From positions 3,350,001 to 3,414,000 of the forward strand of contig CM075999.1 in NCBI GenBank assembly GCA_038087875.1: a stretch of 64,000 bases of DNA. The letters are read 5' to 3'. Below the pieces are notes generated by a model, which did no database searches, was not told the DNA's origin, and saw only the letters and a list, made by a program, of their open reading frames with translations. The stretch comes from Malacoraja senta (taxonomy: Eukaryota). How positions within the stretch are numbered: the stretch's first letter is position 1; every line of letters starts with the position of its first letter. Shown piece by piece: positions 1-12,937 of the stretch. The translations under genes and the position numbers were made by a program.

Positions 1-2101
1 GTAGGAGGCTGAGGGGTGATCTTATGGAGGTGTATAAAATCATGAGGGGAATTGATCGGGTGAATGATCAATTACAGAGATAGATAGATCCTTGATGAGT
101 ACGGGTGTCAGAGGTTATGGGGAGAAGGCAGGAGAATGGGGTTAGGAGAAAGAGATAGATCAGCCATGACCAAATGGCGGAGTAGACTTGATGGGCCGAA
201 TGGCCTAATTCTACGACTATCACTTATGATCTTCTGAACTGATGGATGCACAGAATCTTTTCCCAAAGCCCCCTTCACATCTGTGTTGCCTAGTTAGTTC
301 CACTGTGCTATAACGAGGAGCTGGTGCAAGTTTTCAGCATGAGTTTAGTTTAGTTCAGAGATACAGGCCCTTCGCTCTGACCAGCGATCCCCGCACACAC
401 TAACGCTATCCTACACACACTAGGGACAAGTTACAATTTTACTGAAGCCAATTAACCTACCGCTCAGGTTCCTTTTAAATCTTTCTATTAAATCAGGCAT
501 TGAAATCATTTCTATTGCCTCTGTCAGAGTACAATTGAAAACTAAAATCTGTAAATTAAATAATGAAGCCGAGACATTCGGAATAAGTTCAGCAGGAATT
601 GACAGGGCATCAATAGTGAATCCTGATCTAGCCGTTTGATTTTTGTTGCCCACGTTATTGACTGAAATATCAACAATATGAAGAATTACTGAACGCCAGC
701 AGGAGGTTACAAGCCAGTAACAAAGTCGATTTGTTCAGATAACATCATCGTAAAGTGAGAGACTAAAAGCTTCAGTAACTTAGGTCTCGAGAAGTGTACA
801 AGTCTCCTGCCACTCTTGCATTGCCTATCCTCTGACAAAGAGCTGGCTTGGAAAATTTTGTCTGACGAAGGGTCTCGACCCGAAACGTCACCCATTCCTT
901 CTCTCCAGAGATGCTGCCTGTCCCGCTGAGTTACTCCAGCATTTTGTGTCTATCTTCGGTTTAAAGCAGCATCTGCAGTTCCTTCCCACACGTTGTGTTT
1001 TGCAAAGACGGGCTGTTGTTTGCATCATTCATTACTTCAGGCTCAGAGTTATTGCCCAAGACTTATTGTGATAAATCGTTCCCATGTTGAGTTCCAGATT
1101 AAACAATAACAATTTCATTTTTCCGATGCCCGTGATTCCTGGGATTTGGTGAAATTGTATCTGTGAGGTGACACGTCCCAGCTGGAATTCTTTGGAATCT
1201 TCTGATTTGTCTGTGAAATTGCTGTTTTATTCCCAGATCCTAAGCACAGTCATCAATCGGCACGGTGGCGCAGCGGGTAGTGTTGCTGCCTCACAGCGCC
1301 GGAGACCCGGGTTCGATCCTGACTACGGGTGCTGTCGGTACGGAGTTTGTACGTTCTCCCCGTGACCTGCGTGGGTTTTCTCCGGGTGCTCCGGTTTCCT
1401 CCCACACGCCAAAGACGTACAGATTGGCTTCAGTAAAATTGTAAATTGTCCCTAGTGTGTATAGGATAGCGTTAGTGTGCGGGGATCGCTGGTCAGAGCG
1501 AAGGGCCTGTATCTCTAAACTAAACTAAACTAAACTCATGCTGAAAACTTGCACCAGTAGAGCATCCTCGTTATAGCACAGTGGAACTAACTAGGCAACA
1601 CAGATGTGAAGGGGGCTTTGGGAAAAGATTCTGTGCATCCATCAGTTCAGAAGGTCATGTGATAGTAGTAGAATTAGGCCATTCGGCCCATCAAGTCTAC
1701 TCCGCCATTTGGTCATGGCTGATCTATCTCTTTCTACCAACCCCATTCTCCTGCCTTCTCCCCATGTCCTCTGACATCCGCACTAATCTGTGGAATTCTC
1801 TGCCTCAGAAGGTGGTGGAGGCAGGTTCTCTGGATACTTTCAAGAGAGAGCTGGAAAGGGCTCTTAAAGATAGCGGAGTCAGGGGATATGGGGAGAAGGC
1901 AGGAACGGGGTACTGATTGTGGATGATCAGCCATGATCACATTGAATGGCGGTGCTGACTCGAAGGGCCGAATGGCCTACTCCTGCACCTATTGTCTATT
2001 GTCTAATGAAGAATCTATCTATCTCTGTAATTGATCATTCACCCGATCAATTCCCCTCATGATTTTATACACCTCTATAAGATCACCCCTCAGCCTGCTA
2101 C
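1..2101. repeat. Local inverted duplication: 1-452 versus 1423-2101
   Basis: Reverse-complement match runs across repeat junctions and non-TE sequence (e.g. CCCAAAGCCCCCTTCACATCTGTGTTGCCTAGTTAGTTCCACTGTGCTATAACGAGG). Confidence 0.9.
1259..1535 (+). mobile_element. tRNA-derived V-SINE (HE1-like); representative of dozens of copies (e.g. ~10415-10715 -, 26200-26490 +, 33930-34220 -, 61800-62095 +)
   Basis: Head GGCACGGTGGCGCAGCGG...GGTTCGATCC (A/B boxes), V-domain GGAGTTTGTACGTTCTCCCCGTG...CCGGTTTCCTCCCAC, CR1-like GGGCCTGT tail and (AAACT)n end. Confidence 0.9.
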
Positions 2102-2849
2102 GCTGGAATGATTGAAGTCCCAGCCTGCTCAACCTCTCCCTGTAGCTCAGGCCCTTGAGTCCTGGCAACATCCTGGTAAACAATTCATCAAAACTCATAC
2201 CTTTATACTGTTAGTTCTGAAACGTCAGCTATTCCTTCGCTCCACAGATGCTGCCTCACCCGCTGAGTTTCTCCAGCATTTTTGTCTACCTTTGATTTTT
2301 CCAGCATCTGCAGTTCTTTCTTAAACCTTTATACTATTAGTTTAGTTTAGAGATACAGCGCAGCAACAGGCCCTTCAGCCCATCTGGTGTGTGCCGACCA
2401 ACTATTATACTGGGGATAACACTTCACAAAAGCACACAGGGCTCTACAAATGCATTTGAAAGCCCAGAAGATACAAGACATCACCATGTTTATTTACACA
2501 CTCCCCACTGAGCCAGAGACCAGCCATGTTTATGCATTTTCCCACTGAAGGGAAACCAGTGTAAGATGAGCTTGGCGGTTGTCTGGAGATATGGTCAGCC
2601 TATTGATGGTGGTTAAATAGAGTATCTGTCATACAATAGCTACAAGATTAATGGATACGTCGGGGACAGGGGAATGTGGCTGTTCTTACTTGTTGCTGAA
2701 TGAAACTTTGTTTAAATAACCGTAACTATTGTAAAGAACTGCAGATGCTTGTTTACACCGAATACTGGAGTATCTCAGCGGGTCAGGCAGCATCTCTGGT
2801 GAAAAGGTCGAGACCCTTCTTCGGACTGAGAGTCAGGGGAGAGGAATAC

Positions 2850-3260
2850 TAGAGGGGACTTGATAGAGGTCTTTAAAATTATGAGCGGGTTAGACAGAGT
2901 TGACATGGATAAGCTTTTCCCATTGAGAGTAGGGAAGATTCAAACAAGGGGACATGACTTGAGAATTAAGGGACAGAAGTTTAGGGGTAACATTAGGGGG
3001 AACTTCTTTACTCAGAGAGTGGTAGCTGTGTGGAATGAGCTTCCAGTGGAAGTGGTGGAGGCTGGTTCGATTTTATCCTTTAAAAATAGATTGGATGGGT
3101 ATATGGACGGGAAAGGAATGGAGGGTTATGGTCTGAGTGCAGGTAGATGGGACTAGGGGGAAGTAAAAAAATAAATAAATGAATAAAAAGTGTTCGCACG
3201 GACTTGAAGGGCCGAGATGGCCTGTTTCTGTGCTGTTATGGTTATATGGTTATATGGTAT
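2850..3260 (+). mobile_element. CR1 LINE 3' fragment (second subfamily)
   Basis: LIEVFKIMSGLDRVD...TRGHDLRI...FFTQRVVAVWNELP; GGTTATAT tail. Similar fragments at ~8505-8860 and ~23570-23920. Confidence 0.85.
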
Positions 3261-4189
3261 GAAAAGATTCGGAACAAATCAGAGCCGGCACCGACGGCCA
3301 AGGAGCCCACAATGGTCCATTGTTGGCTGTGGTGGAGGGGATAACGAGGGGATCTTTCTGGGAAGAAACTCTCCCTGAATCTGCAGGTATGCGTTTTCAC
3401 ACTTCTTCTGTACCTCTTGGGGAGAAGAGGGAGTGACCGGGGTGAGACTGGTCTTTGATTTATGAAGAATAGGAAACTGCAACATAATTCATAAAAATCC
3501 CATGAAATTAAAAAGAATCATTGTTTTTTGCTTTGGCGACTTTACAAATTCCAGTCTCTTCTTTCTCAAGTAACTACCTCTGAATGTATTAAAATGTACC
3601 ATCTGGACCACAACATTCCCCTGTCCAACATAAAATAATCACTACCGTTCCCCATGTCCCTCAGGTCTCTGCGCACTCTATTTTTGGAAGCTCCATATCC
3701 CACAGCCATGCATTCACTTGTCCTTGTCCTTGTCCTACATGCTCGAGCCTTCTCCTTCCATCCGTGTCTTCCACGGTGAGCTCTGCCTTCCAATAGACAA
3801 TAGACAATAGGTGCAGGAGTAGGCCATTCGGCCCTTCGAGCCAGCACCGCCATTCAATGTGATCATGGCTGATCATCCCCAATCAGTACCCCCGTTCCTG
3901 CCTTCTCCCCATATCCCCAAGACAATACGTGATTACAATCCAGCCATTTACTGTGTACAGATACAGGATAAGGGAATAACGTTTAGTGCAAGGTAAAGCC
4001 AGCAAAGTCCGATCAAGGATAGTCCGAGGGTCACCAATGAGGTAGATAGAAGTTCAGGACTGCTCTATGGTTGTGGTAGGATGATTCAGTTGCCTGATAA
4101 CAGCTGGGAAGAAACAGTCCCTGAATCTGGAGATGTGCGTGACAAGAGTCAAAAGTGTTTAATTGCCACCGTGTTATATGGATAGATAC

Positions 4190-5625
4190 ATAGATACATA
4201 GAAAATAGGTGCAGGAGTAGGCCATTCGGCCCTTCGAGCCTGCACCGCCATTCAATATGATCATGGCTGATCATCCAACTCAGTATCCCGTACCTGCCTT
4301 CTCTCCATACCCCCTGATCCCCTTAGCAACAAAGGCCACATCTAACTCCCTCTTAAATATAGCCAATGAACTGGCCTCAACTACCCTCTGTGGCAGAGAG
4401 TTCCAGAGATTCACCACTCTCTGTGTGAAAAAGTTTTTCCTCATCTCGGTCTTAAAGGATTTCCCCCTTATCCTTAAGCTGTGACCCCTTGTCCTGGACT
4501 TCCCCAACATCGGGAACAATCTTCCTGCATCTAGCCTGTCCAACCCCATAAGAATTTTGTACGTTTCTATAAGAACCCCTCTCAATCTCCTAAATTCTAG
4601 CGAGTATAAGCCAAGTCTATCCAGTCTTTCTTCATATGAAAGTCCTGACATCCCAGGAATCAGTCTGGTGAACCTTCTCTGCACTCCCTCTATGGCTATA
4701 ATGTCCTTCCTCAGATTTGGAGACCAAAACTGTACGCAATACTCCAGGTGTGGTCTCACCAAGACCCTGTACAACTGCAGTAGAACCTCCCTGCTCCTAT
4801 ACTCAAATCCTTTTGCTATGAAAGCTAACATACCATTCGCTTTCTTCACTGCCTGCTGCACCTGCACCTGCATGCCTACTTTCAATGACTGGTGTACCAT
4901 GACACCCAGGTCCCGCTGCATCTCCCCATTTCCTAATCGGCCACCATTTAGATAATAGTCTGCTTTCCTGTTTTTGCCTCCAAAGTTGATAACCTCACAT
5001 TTATCCACATTATACTGCATCTGCCAAACATTTGCCCACTCACCCAGCCTATCCGTCACCTTGCAGTCTCCTAGCATCCTCCTCACAGCTAACACTGCCC
5101 CCCAGCTTAGTGTCATCCGCAAACTTGGAGATGTTGCCTTCAATTCCCTCATCCAGCTCATTAATATAAATTGTAAATAGCTGGGGTCCCAGCACTAAGC
5201 CTTGCAGTACCCCACTAGTCACTGCCTGCCATTGTGAAAAGGACCCGTTTACTCCTACTCTTTGCTTCCTGTTTGCCAGCCAGTTCTCTATCCACATCAA
5301 TACTGAACCCCAATACCGTGTGCTTTAAGTTTGTATACTAATCTCTTATGTGGTACCTTGTCGAAAGCCTTCTGAAAGTCCAGATACAACACATCCACTG
5401 GTTCTCCCCTATCCACTCTACTAGTTACATCCTCGAAAAATTGTATAAGATTCGTCAGAAGATATGATTTACCTTTCGTAAATCCATGTTGACTTTGTCC
5501 AATGATTTCACCACTTTCCAAATGTGCTGCTATCCCATCTTTAATAAGTGACTCTAGCAGTTTCCCCACTACCGATGTTAGACTAACTGGTCTGTAATTC
5601 CCCGTTTTCTCTCTCCCTCCCTTCT
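4190..5625 (-). mobile_element. CR1-clade LINE, 5'-truncated, frameshifted ORF2 (reverse transcriptase) plus 3' UTR
   Basis: ORFs contain NYRPVSLTSVVGKLLE, YLDFQKAFDKVPH, GPQLFTIYIN, SKFADDTKLGG, LYRVLVRPHLEYCVQFWSP; (CTATGTAT)n tail. Confidence 0.95.
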
Positions 5626-6109
5626 TCTGGGACAGGTTTAGAGGGATAGGGGCCAAATGCAGGCAGGTGGGACTAGTGTAGATGGGACATGTTGGCAAGT
5701 TGGGCCGGTATGACTCTATGACTCTATGCTGTATATAGAATTACGAGGGACATGATTATAGAAGTTGGGAGGTCATGTTGCAGTTATATAAGATGTCGGT
5801 GAGGTGGCCTTTAGAGTATTGTGTTCAGTTTTGATTACCATGTTATAGGAATGATATTGTCAAGCTTGAAAGGGTTCAGATAAGATTTACAAGAATGTTG
5901 CCAGGACTCAAGGGACTGAGCTACAGGGAGAGGTTGAGTAGGTTGAGACTCTACTCCTTGGAGCACAGGAGGCTGAGGGGTGATCTTATAGATCTATCGG
6001 TGAGAATTTAACCAAGATATGCGGGCAATTTTTTTAACAGAAATTGTGATGTTGGCTGGTACTCGCGGCCAGGGGTGATGGTGGAGGCTTTTACATGGAT
6101 CTGCAGGAA

Positions 6110-6715
6110 TAGACAATAGGTGCAGGAGTAGGCCATTCGGCCCTTCGAGCCAGCACCGCCATTCAATGTGATCATGGCTGATCATCCCCGTTCCTGCCTT
6201 CTCCCCATATCCCCTGACTCTGCTATTTTAAGAGCCCTATCTAGCTCTCTCTTGAAAGTATACAGAGAACCGGCCTCCACCGCCCTCTGAGACAGAGAAT
6301 TCCACAGACTCACAACTCTCTGTGAGAAAAAGTGTTTCCTCGTCTCCGTTCTAAATGGCTTACCCCTTATTCTTAAACAGCGGCCCATGGTTCTGGACTC
6401 CCCAACATTGGGAACATATTTCCTGCCTCTAGCGTGTCCAAACCCTTAATAATCTTATATGTTTCAATAAGATTCCCTCTCATCCTTCTAAACTCCAGGG
6501 TATACAAGCCCAGCCGCTCCATTCTCTCAGCATATGACAGTCCCACCATCCCAGGAATTAACCTTGTAAACCTATGCTGCACTCCCTCAATAGGAAGAAT
6601 GTCCTTCCTCAAATGAGGGATCAAAACTGCACACAATACTCCAGGTGTGGTCTCACTAGGCTCTGTTCAACTGCAGAAGGATCTCTTTGCTCCTATACTC
6701 AACTCCTCTTGTAAT
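6110..6715 (-). mobile_element. CR1 LINE 3' fragment
   Basis: IEGVQHRFTRLIPGM...LGLYTLEFRRMRG, plus CR1 3' UTR and (CTATTGT)n tail. Confidence 0.9.
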
Positions 6716-9307
6716 AAATGGTGGGATATGGGGAGAAGGCAGAAAAATGGGATAAGGAGGTAGAGAACAGCCAAGGTTGAATGGCAGAGTTGACTCGATG
6801 GGCCGAATGGCCTAATTCTTGTGATTATGGAACGCAGAATAGATTAACTTGGCATCATTTTCGGCACGGACATCTTGGGCCAAAGGGCCTGTTCCGGTGC
6901 TGTTCCATGCTCTCATTCATCGAAATCCCATGGCAAACACTTGCAAGATGCACAGTTATGATGGCGATGTTTTACCAGGTAGAGAGGCACATACTGTATG
7001 GTCTCAGACGGTTAACCTGCCAGCGGAACGACAATACATGATCACATTCGAGCCATTCACAGTGTATAGATACATGATAAAGGGAATAACCTTTAGTGCA
7101 TGGTAAAGTCAGCAGAGAATGTTTACAGGGATGACATCTGAATGTGAGCCTGTACATGTCAGGGAATATAAATAGTCTTCTCTTGGGGAATACGGATGGA
7201 GGGGTGACACAATAGAGTTCTTTGCAAGTTTTGATAGTCCATAAGTCAAAGGAGCAGGATTAGGCCATTCGGCCCGTCGAGTCGACTCCGCCATTCAATC
7301 ATGGCTGATCTATCTCTCCCACTCAACCCCATTCTCCTGCCTTCTCCCCATAACCCCTGACACCCGCACTAATCAAGAATCTATCTATCTCCACCCTTAA
7401 AAATACCCAAAGGCGGCCTCCACAACCCTCGGTGGCAATGAATTCCACCCTCTGGCTAAAGAAATTCCTCCTCGTCTCCTTTCTAAAGTTACGTCCTTTT
7501 ATTCTGAGGTTGTGACCTCTGGTCCTAGACTCTCCCACTAGGGGAAGCATCCTCTCCACATCCAAAGCCTTTTTGAACTCATCTAAAATTAGCTTCTTGG
7601 AAACAGTAGGAATTTAAACTTTAATCAGAGTAAACAAAACCTATTAAATCAATTAACTTCTCACGTTACCGAAGAGACAGACAACAGGTTACCTGTGGGT
7701 GTGTGTGGTGACGGAGGGCTCAGACAGGCAATAGAACTTTGGATCATTATGATTGATGATCAATACATGATTACATTCGAGCCATTCACAGTGTATAGAT
7801 ACATGATAAGGGAACAACGTTTAGTGCAAGGTAAAGCCAGCAAAGTCCAATCAAGGATAGACCGAGGGTCACCAATGAGGTGGATAGTAGTTCAGCACAG
7901 CTCTCTGGTTGTGGTGGGATGGTTCAGTTGCCTGATAACAGCTGGGAAGAAACTGTCCCTGAATCTGGAGGTGTGCGTTTGTTTTCACACTTCTGTACCT
8001 CTTGCCCGATGGGAGAGGGGAGAAGAGGGAGTGGCCGGGGTGAGACTGGTCCTTGATGATGCTGCTGGCCTTGCCGAGGCAGCGTGAGGTGTAGATGGAG
8101 TCACTGGCTCCAGAGACGCTGCTTGACCCGCTGAGTAACTCCAGTACCTTGTATCATTTTTTTTTGTAAACTGGCATTTGCTGTCCCTGGTGTGAACACT
8201 TCTGACTAAATATAAACAACAATAAAGGACATTTGGAAACTCAATCTATATATATATCCAACAATCTATACACTTCCTTATCTATGTACCGCCCACTCCC
8301 CTGACATCAGTCTGAAGAAGGGTCTCGACCCCCAAACATCACCCATACCTTCTCTCCAGAGATACTGCCTGTCCCGCAGAGTTACTCCAGCATTTTGTGT
8401 CTTATCTTCGGTGTAAAGCAGCATCTGCAGTTCCTTCTGACACGTATATATCCATCCTTCTATTTGGCAAAACAATTGAATGAACAAAGTGTATCAAAAT
8501 ATTGCAGTGTATAAAATCATGAGAGGAATAGATCGGGTAGACGCACAGAATCCCTTGCCCAGAGTAAGGGAATCGAGGACCAGATGGCGTAGGCTTAAGG
8601 TGAAGGGGAAAAGATTTAACAGTAACCTGAGGGGTAACTTTTCCACACAGAGGGCGGTGGGTGTATGGAACGAGCTGCCAGAGGAGGTAGTTGAGGCTGG
8701 GACTATCCCAACGTTTAAGAAACAGTTAGACAGGTACATGGATAGGACAGGTTTGGAGACATATGGACCAAGCGCAGGACTAGTGTAGATGGGACATGTT
8801 GGCCAGTGTGGGCAAGTTGGGCTGAAGGGTTTGTTTCTGCGCTGTATGTCTCTATGTCTCTTATTTGGTTTTTTATTTAATTGGATGGCAGGGATTGAGC
8901 GGGGTGGAAATGAATAAGTAATCCCTTCCACAGCAGATGTTCAGACCTTTTTCAACTTGGGTTTCCGATGAAAGCCATTGCACTATTAAATATTCCATGT
9001 AGTCTCATTAAGTGATAGCCAGAGAGATAAATAGTTACAAGAATAGAAACTGGCCTTTTCAATAATGCATATCGAGCCTGCTTTTTCATCCACTCAGTTT
9101 GTTTTTAATATGAAGTATTGTTCGGCGAATTTCCAAATTAAAAATTTGCATTACAGCTAGTTATAAATAAATATTTACTATCATCCACACAAAGGTGTCA
9201 TTATAATTTTATATTATGTAATGAATATGATTAGCAGCGGTTAATTGGCTTCATTTAAAACTAATATCGATAGCAATTATCGTATTTTGTCGAGGTTTAT
9301 AAAATCT

Positions 9308-9448
9308 ACTTCTTCTTGCGTATGCCGTGCAAAGCCTAAAGTTGTAGGACTACTTGTTCTATTTGATCTTATTTGATTGTGCACGCCAGGTTGATTGCAT
9401 TCGTCGAAACAGGGCAGACCACGTGAAGGTTGCAATCTCCCACCCCAA
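9308..9448 (-). mobile_element. ~140-bp dispersed repeat, second copy at ~55838-55979 (+); possible RTE-type LINE/SINE 3' end
   Basis: Two reverse-complementary copies ending GGCATACGCAAGAAGAAG; family assignment rests only on the tail. Confidence 0.55.
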
Positions 9449-11230
9449 GACTTATAGATAGGGTGAGTTCAAAGTCTTTTATCCAGGTTATTTAATTTAG
9501 AGATACAGCGAGGAAATAGGATCTTCGGCCCACCGAGTCTGCACCGACCAGCGATCCCTGCACGCTAACACTATCCTACACACACTAGGGACAATTTACA
9601 ATTATACCAAGCCAATTAACCTACAAACCTGTACGTCTTTGGAGTGCGGGAGGGAACCGGAGCACCCGGAGAAAACCCACACAGGTCACGGGGAGAACGT
9701 ACAAACTCCGTACAGACAGCACCCTTGGTCAGGATCGAACCCGGGTTTCTGGCGCTGTGAGCCGGTAACAGTCTCTGTAAGACTGGGTAGGGAAATGAAG
9801 AACCCGAGGAGGTGGGTTTGAAGTGCGAGGGGAAAGATTTAATAGATTTAAGCTGAGGAGCAACATTCTCGCTCAGTAGGTGGTGCGTTTGTGGAACGAG
9901 CTGCCAGAGGAGGTAGTTGAGGCAGGTACAAATAGCAACATTGAACGGACAGTTCGACAGGTACATGGATAGGAAAGGTTTAGAGGAATAGGAGACAAAC
10001 GCAGGAAAATGGGAGTGGTGTAGATGGGACACCTTGGGCAGTATGGACGATGGGCTGAAGGGCCTGCTCCCATGGCCTTTGACTCTATGATTGTGATTAT
10101 GTGTTATTCAAGACATGTCCCAATACCTCTTTTGAGCATTAGTTTTAGTAGCTTTGTAACTGTGCCTTTTTTTTCTGCATTAGTATCTGATCTGAAAACA
10201 GTTCCATTACCTGTCATGTGCTCCCTTCAGCCCCTGCACTGAATGAGTCATTCAGCTGCTTTTTTCCAGCCAGTGCCTGAGCAAGTAAATATCCAAAAAT
10301 GAATGATTTATTTGGCTTGCTGGCCAAGAATAGAAAATTATAACAGCAATAGTTTGGCAGATGAGACAATCACAGACATTGGATCCAACCCTTTGTATTC
10401 CCTTTCTTGTCAGGTTTAGTTTAGTTAGGTTTAGAGATACAGGCCCTTCGGCCCACTGAGCCCGTACAGACCAATGATCCCTGCAAACTAACACGATCCT
10501 ACACACACTAGGGACAATTTTACATTTATACCAAGCCAGTTAACCTACAAACTTGCACGTCTTTGGAGTGTGGGAGGAAACCGGAGCGCCCGGAGAAAAC
10601 CCACGCAGTCACGGGGAGAAGGTACAAACTCCGTACAGACAGCACCCGTAGTCAGGATTGAACCCGGGTCTCTGGCGCTGTGGCCAGCATCTCTACCACT
10701 GCGCCACCGTGCTGCCCGTAAGGTTGCACGAGCTCTTCTGCAAAGTCAACAGGACAGCATCCCAGATTATTCAACGTTACAATTCATCTTGCCTCAGGCT
10801 AAATGCCACTCCCAATCAAAGTCTCGACAGCGGCACTTATTACACTCGATTACTCGAGCTATTATTAGCAGGGACAAGATGGTAAATTAACAAATTTATA
10901 CAATTAGGACAATTATTTCGATGTAACAAAGGTTCACTGTGACTTGTCGAGTATTGTTCTGGGCACCAACCACACTGAAAGAAGGATGTTTAAGGTAGAG
11001 AGGGTGCAGAACTTGCGGCACGGTGGCGCAGCGGGTAGAGCTGCTGTCTCACAGCGCCAGAGACCCGTGTTCGATCCTGACTAGGTTTGTAAGATAATTG
11101 GCTTCGGTAAAATTGTAAATTGTCCCTAGTGTGTGTAGGATAGCGCTAATGTGCGGGGATCGCTGGTCGGCATGGACTCGATGGGCCAAAGGGCCTGTTT
11201 CCATGCTGTATCTCCAAGGTATAAAAGGTA

Positions 11231-12118
11231 CTAGACTAAGTGGGACCCGTTGGGTCCCATGTTCACACGGGAGGGCTGGTACCCCAACGCAATATTCCAC
11301 CTCTCCACCAATTCCAATATTGGTGGCCAGTGGGGGGGGGGGCTTTCTGGAGCACTAGCATGGTGTTGTGGGCCGAAGGGACTTGTTTTTAGAGGGCTAG
11401 TATGGAGATTGTGGGCCGAATGGATTCTTGGGCTGGCAGCTCAGTCACTGAGACGACTCACACACGCAGACACTCACACACTCACACACTCACAGACACA
11501 CTCACTCACACACTCACACACTCACAGACACACTCACTCACACACTCACACACTCACACACACTCACACACTCACACACACTCACACACTCACAGACACA
11601 CTCACACACTCACACACACTCGCACTCACACACACACTCACACACACATACACATACACTCACACTCACACACACTCATACACTCACAAACACACACATA
11701 CACTCACACACACACACACACACACATACACACTCACACAGACACTCACACACACACACACACACACACACTCACAAACACACACACACACACATACACA
11801 CGCACGCACACACACACACGCACGCACACGCACACACACACACACACTCACACACACACTCACACACTCACACAGACACTCACACACACACTCACACTCA
11901 CACACACACACACGCACGCACGCACGCACGCACAAACACACACACGCACACTCACACAGACACTCACTCACACACACACACACACACACTCACACTCACA
12001 CACACACACACACGCACGCACGCACAAACACACACACGCACACTCACACAGACACTCACACACACTCACACAAACACACACACACATTCACACATACACA
12101 CACACACACACACACATA

Positions 12119-12152
<34 letters not shown>

Positions 12153-12197
12153 TTCACACATACACACACACACTCACACACACATTCACAAACACAT

Positions 12198-12228
<31 letters not shown>

Positions 12229-12280
12229 CACACTCACACACACTCACACTCACACTCACACACACATTCACAAACACATA

Positions 12281-12318
<38 letters not shown>

Positions 12319-12937
12319 ATATATATGGCAGTAAACTGTCTTGAATACTCACTCCACTTTGGGGCTTCCGCAGTCAGTGACACTTCCGCAATCAGCGGGA
12401 CCAATGCACTCATCGGAAATTACGCAATCAGCGCGACCTGTCCACTAAGTGGAAGTCACGAAATGACTTTTGAACCAAACACAGTCGGACCTAATAAGGC
12501 ATTGCAGTTTCAAGCACAGTCAGGGCAGCAGGCCAAACAACTCATGGCATTGTCATTAAGGGCTAACAAATCATTTATTGCAAGTACAGTGCAGACTCAC
12601 AGTTCAGTTGATTCACAGCTTAGAATGAGAGTCGTGGCCTCTCCCTCGCGATCTTGCAGAGTGACTGAGTCACGTCCAGGCATCCGGGGCTTTATAGTCC
12701 TGCCCCCCCCCCCCCCGGAAGGGGCGTTACCTTCATTGCGGTGATTGACAGGCGAGAGGATCTCAAGGTTTTTTAAGCACTCATAACTTCGATGGGAAAA
12801 ATCCTCGGGGCCTGCTCAGCGGAGGAGGACTGTGAGCAAGATGTCAAAAATCATAGTGATATATGGTAGCGTTTTTTCTAAAATCAATATACAGCGCAGA
12901 CAGGAAGTGATCAAGATGAGACTTTGAATTATATAAA
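11231..12937 (-). mobile_element. Non-autonomous Helitron carrying an ~860-bp (CA)-rich tract
   Basis: Minus-strand 3' end has the perfect hairpin GGGACCC-AAC-GGGTCCC (11242-11258), then ACTTAGT-CTAG|T. Probable 5' end A|TTTATATAATT at 12937 (canonical TC would be mutated to TT). No TSD. Confidence 0.65.
11458..12317. repeat. Complex (CA)n/(CACT)n microsatellite
   Basis: Direct inspection. Confidence 0.98.

Noticed and set aside
4280..5698. Active reverse transcriptase gene
   Set aside because: 5'-truncated and frameshifted CR1 copy without an endonuclease domain.
11250..12352. Long His/Thr- and Cys/Val-rich ORFs (also 27298-28593 and 41366-42100)
   Set aside because: Translations of CA/TG microsatellites that lack stop codons.
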